A stretch of DNA of 64,000 bases from a virus (taxonomy: Duplodnaviria; Caudoviricetes). The stretch's first letter is position 1. Each line of letters begins with the position of its first letter. Made by a program: the position numbers and the translations under genes. The stretch lies in the IMG/VR virus record IMGVR_UViG_3300042451_000960; one strand, given 5' to 3'. Shown piece by piece: positions 27,601 to 36,300 of the stretch. A model generated the notes under the pieces. The model worked only from the letters and a program-made list of their open reading frames with translations. It made no database searches and had not been told where the DNA came from.

Positions 27601-29305
27601 CACTTTCTACATAAAGGCTACCAGTTATTCTTACCGAACCAGTTATTTGAGAACCACTATCCTGTGATATTACTCTAAATCCAAAATCAGGAGAAACTGA
27701 AGCTGTAACTGAACCTGATTTAATTTCAGTTGATAATAAAGCATCTTCAGTAAGTGCTGAACGAGGTATGTTTCTTAAGTATGTACCTTCTCCATAGTAT
27801 GCGGAGCCAGATGCTAATTGTAATGAACCACTTTCAGCATTTACAAATAAGCTACCACTTATAGAAACACTTCCCGTAAATTGAGAACCACTATCCAAAG
27901 ATTGCACTCTAAATCCTTCATCAGGACTTACCGAAGCAGTTACACTACCACTTGCTATTCTAAATACTTCTTGAGTAAATGCAGCTAATGGTATATTAAA
28001 AAGACCTTCACCACTACCACTAAAAACGGATGCAGAAACAGATCCTGAAAAATTTGATGTTGCTGAAATTACTTCAAATCCTCTATTTGGGGAAACCGAA
28101 GCAGTTACACTACCACTTGCTATTCTAAATGCTTCTTGAGCTAATGCGTTTAATGGAATATCAAATAAACCAGCACCACTACCAGTAAACATAGATGCCG
28201 ATACAGTTGATTTGAATTCAGCTGAACCAGTTACTATTAAAAAATCTTTTATTGTTACACCCGTATTAACTAATAAACCCGTATTAGGTGCTATTGAAGC
28301 TGTTGCCGAACCACTAGCTATTCTAGGTGCTACTGTTGATGGTACATTTGTTAATTGAGAACCATCTCCACTAAAAGAACCAGTAAATGAACCGGATGCA
28401 GATGATACTGTTAAACTATCTATTGTGGCAGTTCTACTAATAATAGAACCAGATTCTACTATAACAGAACCAGTTGTTAAACGTAAACTACCTGTAATTT
28501 GTACTCCACCTAAAAAAGATGCACTTTGTGCATTAATTATAAGAAGGTCTCCAACTACAGAAGCGGTTACCGAACCACTTGCTAATATTGCAGATTCTAT
28601 TGCAGATTGTACATTTATTAAATCTCTACCATCACCAAAAAATGAACCTGTAAATGAACCTATCGCAGAAGATGCTGTAAGTTGATTAGTACTCAATCTA
28701 TCTCTTACTTCAACAGAACCAGTAAATTCTTGCTTATCCGTTTCTTCATCACCAAATTTATTAGAACCCGATGAATATATTACCGAAGATGATATATATG
28801 AAACTATTAATTGTTCAGCATATATTGAATTTTCAACAATTAAATCTTCAGTAATTCTAGCCGAACCAGTAACTGTTAAATTACCATTAATAGTTGTAAA
28901 TGTATTTACTGCTAATCCTTTATCAGGAGAAATAGATGCGGTTGCTGAACCACTTGCTATCTTTGGTGCTACAACTGCTGGTATATTTGTTAATAGAGAA
29001 CCATCTCCACTAAAAGAACCAGTGAAAGATCCTGTGAACAGGCCACTTAATAACGCACTTCCACTAAAAGATCCTGTAAAATTACCCTGAGCGGTGTCAA
29101 TTTTAATATCTTTAATAAATCGTCTATTACCATCACTATCTGATGCTAATATACCTACAGAACCACTATCAAACGAAGCTGGGAAATCAGGAACCCCAAG
29201 ATTGGGCTCGACTTGTGATAAATCCACAAATTCGTACCTATCTGCGGTAACATTTTTTGGACCTTTTAACCTGACCCTTCCTGATAATAGATTACTAATT
29301 GCCAT
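15686..29305 (-). CDS. Giant 4539-aa Ser/Gly-rich virion fibre protein
   Basis: About 35 RIASGS(A/V)TAS(I/V)SP repeats, one cupredoxin-like domain, ~1350 aa of Gly-Ser-Ser repeat, and a fibre-type C-terminal domain (TIDLATANNF...ITWP.S..W..G.APTLT..G.DI..F). Confidence 0.9.
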   Translation of the reverse strand: MAISNLLSGRVRLKGPKNVTADRYEFVDLSQVEPNLGVPDFPASFDSGSVGILASDSDGNRRFIKDIKIDTAQGNFTGSFSGSALLSGLFTGSFTGSFSGDGSLLTNIPAVVAPKIASGSATASISPDKGLAVNTFTTINGNLTVTGSARITEDLIVENSIYAEQLIVSYISSSVIYSSGSNKFGDEETDKQEFTGSVEVRDRLSTNQLTASSAIGSFTGSFFGDGRDLINVQSAIESAILASGSVTASVVGDLLIINAQSASFLGGVQITGSLRLTTGSVIVESGSIISRTATIDSLTVSSASGSFTGSFSGDGSQLTNVPSTVAPRIASGSATASIAPNTGLLVNTGVTIKDFLIVTGSAEFKSTVSASMFTGSGAGLFDIPLNALAQEAFRIASGSVTASVSPNRGFEVISATSNFSGSVSASVFSGSGEGLFNIPLAAFTQEVFRIASGSVTASVSPDEGFRVQSLDSGSQFTGSVSISGSLFVNAESGSLQLASGSAYYGEGTYLRNIPRSALTEDALLSTEIKSGSVTASVSPDFGFRVISQDSGSQITGSVRITGSLYVESGSFFYGDGSGLTNISLANLSIDSTKIFSGSATASIAPDNGFVVNVDSRITGSLFVSESIFARFFVGDGSQLTNVPSTVAPRIASGSVTASVSPNFGFRVESLESGSQFTGSINVSGSISIPSGSGFFSGSGEGLFNIPQAALSFEINRIASGSATASIAPNTGLLVNTGVTIRDFLIVTGSSILNKVSASFFSGSGRDLFDIPQSALSFEITKISTGSVTASVSPEFGFKVESLASGSEFTGSIDVSGSIFIPKGAGFFSGSGIGLFDIPQSALAFEITKISSGSVTASVSPDFGFKVESLESGSQFTGSLIVSGNIQVATGSFFSGSGRGLLDIPRSALAPDALVSNLIASGSATASISSERGLEINTNVVLSASVFYSGSGAGLFNIPLNALANEAFRIATGSITASVSLDKGFVVDSALSGSEFTGSVEISGSLSASLFRGDGGGLFNIPFSAFTGDVPRIASGSVTASVSPEVGFKVISALSGSEFTGSIDVSGSVSIISGSYFIGDGRYINNIQLSELAGKSYLLESASFSASFILGTGLVVNTLVSASKFSGSGAGLFDIPLSALATEAFRIASGSATASISPQKGFEVTTFTTINGYLFVTNSITTIEDVKALGIMTASLFRGDGSGLFNLQIEQASKLVSGSVTASVSPNVGFYVNSNATIEGGLYVSASSKLQGLEVTGSVGVKGSQRITNDLYVDGKIVTTELIAEYISSSIIYSSGSNKFGDSATDKQEVTGSLEVKGDIRVASGSSFSGSGAQLFDIPQSALAFEINRIASGSATASISPDFGLEVNTVVSASAFSGSGRDLFNIPISAFSQEVFRIASGSATASVSPDFGFKVESLASGSQFTGSLIVSGNIQAATGSFFSGSGAGLKDIPRSALSFELTSIATGSVTASVTPEFGFRVESLGSGSQFTGSVIVSGIVQVATGSFFSGSGAGLKDIPRSALTEDALVTTEIKSGSVTASVSPDFGFKVESLASGSQFTGSVNISGSLFVNPYSGSLQLATGSSYYGEGRYLREIPKSAISDLDTSLIFSGSATASISPAQGFRVNTFSTFLFPVSASMFTGSGAGLYDIPRSAFTGDSFRIASGSVTASVSPTEGFRVESSEFGSQITGSLFVSGAKGIELSSGSSFSGSGERLFDIPKTAIKDLDLSKIFSGSATASISPDKGLEVNVNIVLSSSVFYSGSGIGLFDIPQSALSGDAFRIASGSATASISPTKGFEVNTFSKITGSLLVSASNTLIYSGSALGEEFRTFNVSNNGASAYTFSGAATGSNPTLTLLRGATYTFNVNASGHPFWIKTIQVSGPTNSYNDGVINNGDDVGVITFTPPSGSPSTLYYICQFHSGMSGIMNLTDALVIDEGRLDFIGNTKITGSLSVSSYVSASMFTGSGKGLYDIPISALAQDVFRIASGSATASISPDKGLEVNTVVSASAFSGSGRDLRDIPFSNLTGDASRIASGSVTASVSPNFGFLVNADAQISGGLFVSQSSILTNLDVIGYVGITGSANIQNDLYVGGKIVTTELFAQYISSSIIYSSGSNKFGDSESDKQEISGSLFISGGYGGVVQLETGSYFSGSGKGLFEIPFSNLTGDAFRIASGSVTASVSPAYGFRVESIDSGSDFFGDVRIDGDLLVSGAQFQNNVDINGELRVTGSLIVSSSSTFRNIGPAQFSGSLFVTGGNVVVESGSSFIGDGTFITNIQFASSSIESLRLSSGSVTASVSPDGFIVNTPFTGGLIGSQFTGSVGVSGSLYVTNFIYGDGTFLTNVTAQAAPRIQSGSVTASVSPNFGFRVETLATGSQIGSQFTGSIDVSGSVTAQFLIGDGTFITNVTAQAAPRISSGSVTASVSPNFGFRVQTTATGSQIGSQFTGSIDVSGSVTAFAFIGDGSQITNVQAAAAPRIQSGSVTASVAPNQGFIVTSIESGSFFFGDVRVASGSVFSGSGAQLFDIPLSALEDLQLDRIQSGSGRAIQSPDTLEVNTPITAALYRGDGGGLFNIPANALQDLKLDRIESGSARAVISPTLLDINTNTRIHSGSLTVSGSIFVSGGNVIAQSGSIFIGDGSGLNNITIANLAFDAFLLKSGSFTASISPDKGFVVNTSASIWGNLYVGNTITASNTIKAHLFTGSFLGTYNFQGVGPTASAEYDILRYNTTQGYFIPQPESSLTETVAFSNVSDLTIVHNLDILYPMVQVYATGSEDQILPGTIKSIDKNTINIKFAGVTSGHVVIGSGGSLISGTINGDRVFGTVLSASHAIFADSAGNVAGFDSASLAFLSSSITNLNLADYVKNDQTSSMTVLSASYALSSSYALFAANAANVDTSLFVQASQTASMTVGTASFAVTSSYSYFAETSSYALFAQNASNVDTSNFVLNSQTASMTVGTASLAFTASYALYALNAEGVNTASFLQVNKDSTINANLTISGSLGVSGSIYWGTPYTSSASDLVVTWNPTTKKLEARNVQQAAGTSGVDGTSGSSGTAGTGGTSGSSGSSGSSGTSGSSGSSGSSGTSGSSGTDGSSGSSGSSGTSGSSGSSGTSGSGGTSGTSGTSGSSGSSGSSGTSGTSGSSGSAGTSGSSGSSGSSGSSGSSGSSGSSGSSGSSGSSGTTGSEGTSGSSGSSGSSGSSGSSGSSGSSGSSGSSGSSGSSGSSGSSGSSGSSGSSGSSGSSGSSGSSGSSGSSGSGGSSGSSGSSGSSGSSGSSGSSGSSGSSGSSGTSGTSGTSGSAGTSGTSGTSGSSGSSGSSGSSGSGGSSGSSGSSGSSGSTGTAGSGGTAGTSGSSGSSGSAGSAGTSGSSGSSGSSGSSGSSGSSGSSGSSGSSGSSGSSGSSGSSGSSGSSGSSGSSGSSGSSGSSGSGGSSGSSGSSGSSGSSGSSGSSGSSGSSGSSGSSGSSGTTGSNGSSGSSGSSGTSGSSGSDGSSGSSGSSGSSGSSGSSGSSGSSGSGGTSGTSGEDGTSGTAGTGGSSGSSGISGSSGSSGSSGSDGSSGSSGSDGLDGTSGSSGTTGSAGTSGSSGTSGTSGSDGSSGSSGSSGSSGTTGSAGTSGSSGSSGTSGSGGTSGSSGTSGSSGSSGSSGTTGSAGSSGTSGTSGSSGSDGSSGTSGSSGSSGTTGSDGTSGSSGSSGSGGTSGSGGTSGSSGSSGSSGSSGSAGTSGSSGSSGSGGTSGSGGSSGSSGQNGSSGSSGSSGTNGSHGTSGSSGSTGSDGTSGSNGTSGSSGQDGSSGSSGSSGTTGSAGTSGSSGSDGTSGSSGFSGSSGSSGSSGSSGSGGTTGSAGSSGTSGANGTFFGSSGTSGSSGSSGTDGSSGSSGTSGVNGTFFGSSGSSGSSGTSGISGSSGTSGSSGSSGSDGTSGVNGSNGTSGLNGTFFGSSGTSGNDGTSGSTGSDGSSGTAGTSGTSGLNGTFFGSSGTSGSSGSSGSSGSSGTTGTSGTSGLNGTFFGSSGSSGSSGTSGTSGQNGTDGTTGSGGSSGSGGTSGTSGSSGLNGTYFGSSGTSGLSGSSGSTGTDGSSGSSGTSGLNGTFFGSSGSSGTSGTSGSSGLNGTSGDDGSSGTAGTSGTSGLNGTFFGSSGTSGTSGESGTSGLTGSAGTTGSAGTSGSSGLNGTFFGSSGTSGTSGESGSAGTSGSSGSSGSSGLNGTFFGSSGSSGTSGESGTSGTSGQTGTAGTSGSSGLNGTFFGSSGSSGSSGTSGSGTSGTSGISGTSGTSGLNGTFFGSSGSSGSSGTSGAGTSGTSGVSGSSGTSGLNGTFFGSSGSSGSSGTSGAGTSGTSGSSGTSGLNGTFFGSSGSSGSSGTSGSSGINGTVGSDGSSGTSGSSGSSGFLGLTGTTDNGVLTYINSTGAGQVEANLTFDGTTLSVTGGINATTNITSTTYRETYSDLGTGGSVTIDLATANNFRRQFNGNATITLSNPPASNAFGFTLVSVNGGAYTITWPASINWANGVAPTLTTSGTDILVFYTYDAGSNYWGFLSAANMS
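16150..20190 (-). repeat. ~4-kb (Gly-Ser/Thr-Ser)n coding repeat with 14 NGT(F/Y)FG interruptions in its distal part
   Basis: Read directly from the translation. On the + strand, ccaaagaatgtaccatt-type units recur between ~16260 and ~17765. Confidence 0.95.
21290..28990 (-). repeat. About 35 imperfect ~55-100-aa repeats (RIASGS.TAS.SP...FTGS...F.G.G.GL..IP.SAL)
   Basis: Counted by eye in the 4539-aa translation. Confidence 0.9.
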
Positions 29306-29325
29306 CCGTAGTTTTTCAGCTTTTT

Positions 29326-29354
29326 TATAAATATGATGAATCCTCTATAAATAT
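29326..29354 (-). promoter_or_regulatory. Tandem ATATTTATA motifs upstream of the 4539-aa gene
   Basis: + strand tataaatat at 29326..29334 and 29346..29354. Confidence 0.6.
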
Positions 29355-29373
29355 TACGCAAAGATAATATCCC

Positions 29374-30297
29374 TTATTCGTTAGCACTTTCAAGCAGTGA
29401 GAGGATTACAGTCAAATCAGTTGAGCCTGAAACTACAAATCCATACGTTTCTTCCAATACTAATTTACCGGCCACAACAGGCGATAAAGAATCTGCAGGC
29501 GGTACTATAACATTAGTTACCAATTGTATTGGATTTTGTGCAACAAGAGTTGGTTCTTCAATTGTTGCTTTTGTAACATTAATTAATTCATTTATTACAT
29601 ATAAAGATGATGAATAATTTTGACCAGATAAAGCATAATCTGAATTAAATGATTGAGTAAAAGTTGTTTGATATAATCTTTGTACTGAAGTTGAGCCTGT
29701 TACTGATTGGTTTTTTATAATTTGTCCAGCTAAAGTTTTTACATAATCTAAAGTAAATAAAGATGAAGAATATTCTTCGGGATATATTGATTTAATTATA
29801 TTTACACCATTTTTTGTATAAAAAGATTTTGTATTTTTTGTAGTTCTTATTATTGTTTTATTTTTCATATCATATGCAGATGCATCTGTTGCATCTAAAG
29901 CATATCCTTCAAATCTAGAAGATGTAAATGAAAATGGTGTTTCAGTTTCATTATTTAAGAAACTAATGTATGCTGCGGTTTCTTTTCTTATGAATTGTCT
30001 ATTCAAAGTTAATAAAGATGATGCACTTGCAAAACTACCAGAATAATTTGATAAAGAAACAGATGCACTTATAAAATTAGAGCCATTCCAAATATTTTCA
30101 AAATTTGGTACAGGTAATTCTGCATTTGATGTTACAAATATAGTTACAGGTTGATTTACTAAACTATTATTAGTTATTTGAGCAGACAACACAATAGTTG
30201 AAACTCCTTGCGGTGTTGTATAAATTTGGTCTTCTTCACCAGTCAGATTTGTTACTACTGACTGAAATCGGTTTAACGGTACAAATACATTTGCCAT
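29374..30297 (-). CDS. Fibre adaptor-like protein with an inserted degenerate helical repeat
   Basis: N- and C-termini match the 13598..13930 family (IYT.P...TIVL...ITN; KLVLEE...V.S...L.V.LS.LE). The middle resembles the helical repeat of the 3058-aa protein. Confidence 0.7.
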   Translation of the reverse strand: MANVFVPLNRFQSVVTNLTGEEDQIYTTPQGVSTIVLSAQITNNSLVNQPVTIFVTSNAELPVPNFENIWNGSNFISASVSLSNYSGSFASASSLLTLNRQFIRKETAAYISFLNNETETPFSFTSSRFEGYALDATDASAYDMKNKTIIRTTKNTKSFYTKNGVNIIKSIYPEEYSSSLFTLDYVKTLAGQIIKNQSVTGSTSVQRLYQTTFTQSFNSDYALSGQNYSSSLYVINELINVTKATIEEPTLVAQNPIQLVTNVIVPPADSLSPVVAGKLVLEETYGFVVSGSTDLTVILSLLESANE

Positions 30298-30313
30298 TTT
30301 CTTTTATTTCATT

Positions 30314-33300
30314 TTATATTTGAAGTGCCAATGAGAACGGAGTTACAAGTGAGAATAGAGATTTACTAAATGTTCTACCCACAAGAGTACCAGTTGCCTG
30401 ATTAATACTCAAACCTGTACCAATTCTAAAGTCACCATCTTGGTTACCAGAGGTAAAGAATATTCTACCACCACCCAATTCGGTAATTTCAAATGCCGGA
30501 TTAGCTGCACCACTACCACCTTGGTTTGGTGGAAGTGCTTTAAACGTAACACCACTACCATTGTAAGAGTAGTCAATACCAGTTGCCACAATCAACGAAC
30601 CAAATGGTTCTAATGATGCACCAGCTGCTATAAATTCAGCTCTTGTTCTAAGATAACGGTTAGTTTCTAACGTTTCCAGTCTTTGTTTAAATATAACCTC
30701 ACCAGCATTTCCAAATTGGCCGTTAAAATAAGATGATGCTGCCGCAACACTTCTTTCATTTCCACCATATAATAAGTCAGTTGCTACTGCATCTACAATC
30801 AGTCCGGTATCACGAGAACAACTAGCCTCATTATATATTAAATATGGAAATGCTCCATTTGTATAACTAATTGCTCTTTGTTTTAATTCATCTTTAGCCC
30901 CTCTTAGTCTTTCAACAGATTGTCTTCTTCGTTGTGTTGCGAATGTTAATTGTGTTTGAAGAACAATTTTTTCACTTACACCTTTTGCGTAATTAATTCC
31001 ATCTACAGTTTGATTCTTTTGACCAATTGTTCCATTATCAGTATAAGATGGTTTAATAGCTACTGATGGTATTTTGTAATAATAAGACCCTGCTTCAATA
31101 CTTCTTTCGTTTCCACCATATACTAAATCCGTTTTTATCGCATCAATGATAAATCCTATATCACGAGAACAACTTACTTCGTTATATTTTAATGTACTCC
31201 AAGAAGAACTTAAGAATGTAATTGTTTCTTTTTGTATAAAGTTTTTATTTAAACTTAATAATTCTCTTCCATTTAAATAAGATGAAGTTGGTGAAGTAAA
31301 TGTTGGATTAGTTATAATCTTTGTTGATAATCTTCCAGCATATTTTACACCAGTTATAGTTGGGTCTAATTGATTTGATTCGGATGGAACACCAGCTACC
31401 GTTGCTTTTGATGGGAAGTAATAATAATATAATCCCGCAGTCACACTTCTTTCTTTTCCACCATATAATAAATCAGTTGCTGCTGCATCTATTAGGTATC
31501 CAACATCACGAGAACAACTTGCTTCATTATAATAAACAGTACTCCAAGAAGAAGATACATAAGCAATAGTTTCTGCCTGTATTAATGGTTTATTTTTTCT
31601 TAATAAATCAAATGATGCAGATACTTCTAATGATGCAGTTTGGAATACAATATTTTGAATAATCTTTTGTGAAATTCTACTTGCGAAATCTATTGCTTCA
31701 TTTGTTTGTCTAAGTTGTGTAGTTGTTGCTTGAGATGGATATTTGTAATAAAACTCACCACTCTCAATACTTCTTTCATTACCACCATATAATAGGTCAG
31801 TTGCTACACCATCAACAATGTGTCCAACATCACGTCTACATTTTTCTTTATTGTAATCAAATGTACTCCAACTAGCAGTTAAATACTGCATTGTTTCTTC
31901 TTGAATAAATTCTCTATTTCTTCTAAGTAATTCTACCGATGCTGAAACTGATTGAGAAGCGGTTGTAAATTGTATATTTTGAATTACATTTACAGCTAAT
32001 CCTTTTGCAAAATCAATCGCAGATACAGTTTGCTCTAATTGAGAACCAGTTGCTGCTGATGCTGTTAGGAAATAAACAATACCAGCATTAGCACTACTTT
32101 CATTACCACTATAAAGTATATCAGTTGCTACTGCATCTATTATAAACCCAACATCTCTGCTACAACTTGCTTCGTTATATTGGAAACCAACCCAAGATGA
32201 TGAAACGTATGCTATTGTTTCAGCTTGTATGAATGGTTTGTTATTAATCAATAAATCATAAGTTGCTAAAACATTAGGGTCAGTTGATGCTGAACCATTT
32301 GGTATTACTTGCGGTGTTGATATTAAATTACTATTTATTATTTCACCTGTTAATCTTCTAGCATAATCAATTGCTTGCGTTGTTTCACTCTTTTGTTCAG
32401 ATGTAATTGCCAATGATGGATATAAATAATAGAACTCACCAGCTTTATTACTTCTTTCGTTTCCACCATATAATAGGTCAGTTGCTACCGCATCTACGAT
32501 ATATCCTACATCTCTCTTACACTTAGATTCAATATAATCCAAATCAGGCCACTTAGCGTTTACAAATGCTACAGTTTCTTCCTGTATAAATGTTTTATTA
32601 TTTTTAACTAAGTTGTAAGCGTATTGGTTATTAGAATCTGGTGATACGAATGATGAACCACTCACAATCATTCTTGATAATCCTTTAGCGTATCTTACAC
32701 CAGTTAATGTTGGTTCTAGTTGAGAATCGGTAGCTTGTGACGGATAATCATAATAATATCTACCAGCTACCAAACTTCTTTCATTACCACCATATAATAG
32801 GTCAGTTGCTACCGCATCAACAATGTATCCAATATCTCTCTTACAAGTTGTTTCATTGTAATCAAAACCTTGCCATGAAGAACTTAGGTATGCAATAGAT
32901 TCACTTTGTATGAAATGTTTATTTGCTCTTAATGCTGACCAAGACGATGATGCCGGTTGTAGTAGTGAAGATGATATATGTTGTAATACAATATTTTGTA
33001 CAACTTTTTCAGATATACCGCTTGCATATTTAATAGCTGTGATTGTTTGGTCTAATTGAGAACCTGTTGCTGCTGAAGCCGATTCGAAATAGTATTTACC
33101 ATTTACCAATGATGCTGAGTTACTTCCGTAAATCAAATCAAAAGCTGCTCCACTAATAATTAATCCCAAATCTCTTTCACACTTACTTTGGTCATAAACA
33201 AACGTACTCCAAGATGAACTCATATAAGAAATTGTTTCATCTATAATCATTTGCTTATTATCTAATAATAAGTTATAAGCTGATGTTACTTTTGAATTTG

Positions 33301-36300
33301 TATTTGCTGATGAGGTTGGTATGTATTCAATTGAACTCGTACCATTGTTTTGTAATAAATCAACAACTAACGCAAAAGATGATGAAATTAATTTAGCTTG
33401 CAATCTTTGTGCCCCACTTCCACTTATAATTTGCGGTGTGGTAGTTACTTTAATTGAAGCCGAAGTATTTGATATTAATGTTGGAATTTTTGTAATACCA
33501 TCTTCAATTATATCCAATACAATATTATATAAATTAACAATTCTATTTACTTCATTAGTACTTCCACTACCCAATTGGTTATAAACTGCTGATGTTGTTT
33601 TTATAGAACTACTTGCGTTTGCTACTAAAGTTTGTAAAGATGCTGTTCCATTATTAACAATATTAATTATATTTGCATAAGATGAACTTACATTTGAAAC
33701 TTGTGTGTTATATGTTCCACTTCCCAAACTTTGAGTTATAGAAGATATATGCCACAATGTTGGTGGGATTAATTCAAATCCATAATTAAAGTTGCTTACC
33801 AATGAATCAGGTAATGATGCACTTCCGTTATAAATTATATCTCTTATTAAATTAAATGAAGATGTTGTTTTACCAACTTCTAAATTACTAGCAGATATTG
33901 ATGAAGATACAATTATCTCTGATGTTACTTTGATAGCCGCATTTGTATTTGTTACTTTTGTTGGTATTACATCTAACCCACCTTCAATTATTTGAGTAAC
34001 CAAAGAGAATGATGAACTAACATTTGATATTTGTGATTGTGAAGCACTATACGAAGATGTATATTGTGCAACATTTCCAACTTTAATATTATTTGTTGTA
34101 TTTGTTTCAAAAGTTACGGTATCCAAAACATCGTTAGTAACAACACGCTTAGCTACTTCTTTTACATAGTTTATAGCATCAATAGTTTCTTTCTTTTGTG
34201 CAGATGTTGTTGCTAATGATGGGAATTTATAATAATACAATCCAGAAGCTGCGCTTCTTTCGTTTCCACCATAGAGAATATCAGTACCAACCGAATCTAA
34301 AATAAATCCAACATCACGAGAACAACTTGCTTCATTATAAAGTAAATAAGGATAGAATGCTCTTATGTATTCAATAGTTTCGGTTCTTATTAAACTTCTA
34401 TTTTGTTTTAATAAGTTATTTACATTTTTAGCTTCATTTGATGCGGTAACAAATACATCACCCAAAACAATTTTTTGTGATAACCCACTTCCATAATGTA
34501 TTCCAGTTATAGTTGGGTCTAATTGATTTGTTGCAGATGGTACTCCACCAATTGTTGCTGATGATGGGTATATATAGTAAAACTTACCCGCAGTTATACT
34601 TCTTTCATTACCGCCATAAACTAAGTCAGTTCTTACAGCATCTATAATATATTTAACATCTCTCTTACACTTTGCTTCATTGTAATATACCGTACTCCAA
34701 GAAGATGATACATAAGCAACAACCTCATTTGCTATAAAGTTTTTATTCTTTTCTAATAAGAACGAAGCGTTTCTTTTATTAATACTTGCTGTTTCAAAAA
34801 TAATATTTTTTACAACTTTTTGAGATACTTTACTTGCGTAATTTATACCATCTAAAGTTTGTATTAATTGTGAACCGGTTGCGGCAGAAGGATATAAGAA
34901 ATAATACTTTCCAGCAGTTATTGCTCTTTCGTTACCACCATAAATTAAATCGGTTCTTGCTGCATCAATTATATGCCCTATATCTCTCTTACAAGTTTGG
35001 TCATTATATTCAAACTCTCCCCAAGAAGATGATAGATATGCAATAGATTCACTTTGCACAAAGTGTCTATTTTCAAATAATAAATTAGATGCGTTTAATA
35101 CATCAAATGTTGGTAAACTTAATTGAGTATTTTTAATTACTTTTTGTGCTAATTTACTTGCAAACTTAATACCATCAATTGTTTGATTTAATTGAGAACC
35201 AGTTGCTGCAGATGGGTATTCTAAATAGAATCTACCATTTACTAACGATGCTGATAATGAGCCGAACAATAAATCTTCCGCAGCACCACTAACAATTAAT
35301 CCAACATCTCTTTTACATTTTTCTTGGTCATAACTAAACCCATACCAAGATGCTGATAAATAAGCTATTGTTTCATCTTTGATGAAGTTGATATTTTGTT
35401 TTAATAAATTATATGCATAATAAACATTAATATCATTTGAAGCTACTACATAAGATGATGTTGGTAATGATAATGAATTAGTATATTGATTTACGCCAGA
35501 AATAATATCACATACTAAAGATATAGATTGGGAAACCAATAAAGCTTCTACATTTGAACCTGAGAATGATGATGAAATATATTGTGGTGTTGAAGTTACT
35601 TTTACGTTTCCTGCTGAATTTAGGACCATAGTTGGTACTACACCCAATCCACCTTCAATTATTTTTGTTACAATTGAGAATGAAGAACTTACTAAACTAG
35701 ATTGAGTATCAGTTGCACCACTTCCACTATATTGAGTGGCATTTGTAACTTTAATACTTGCTGATGTGTTAAGAACAATAGATGGTAAAGAGCCCGTTCC
35801 ATTTGATATTATTCTTGATACTAATGCAAATGATGAACTTATAGCAGTTGCTTCAACTGAAGTTGCTACTGAACCTGTGTATTGTCCGTTATTCGTAACT
35901 TTTATTGATGAACTATAAGAAGAACTTATAGCTGGATAGTATGAACTCCCACTATTAATTATTGTTGTTACTATACCAAACTTGCTTTCTAAACTTGAAG
36001 TTAAATTAGCACTTGATGTAGTTGATGTTATTTGAGTTCCACCACTTATATTAATTGGATTTGTTAAGCTCCAATTTTGATTATTGTGTTGAGCTAATAC
36101 TGAATTTACATTATTAGGTCCTCTTTTTATAACACCTTCAATAATAGAAAAAGAACTACTAATTGAATTTTGTTCAGTTATTGAACCAGAGAATGATGAT
36201 GAATAATGTATTTGATTTGTTATTTTTATTCCCTTTTCAACATTTGTTATTATACGTGGAGTATCTAATAAAATATTTTGAGCTATATAATCACCAATTA

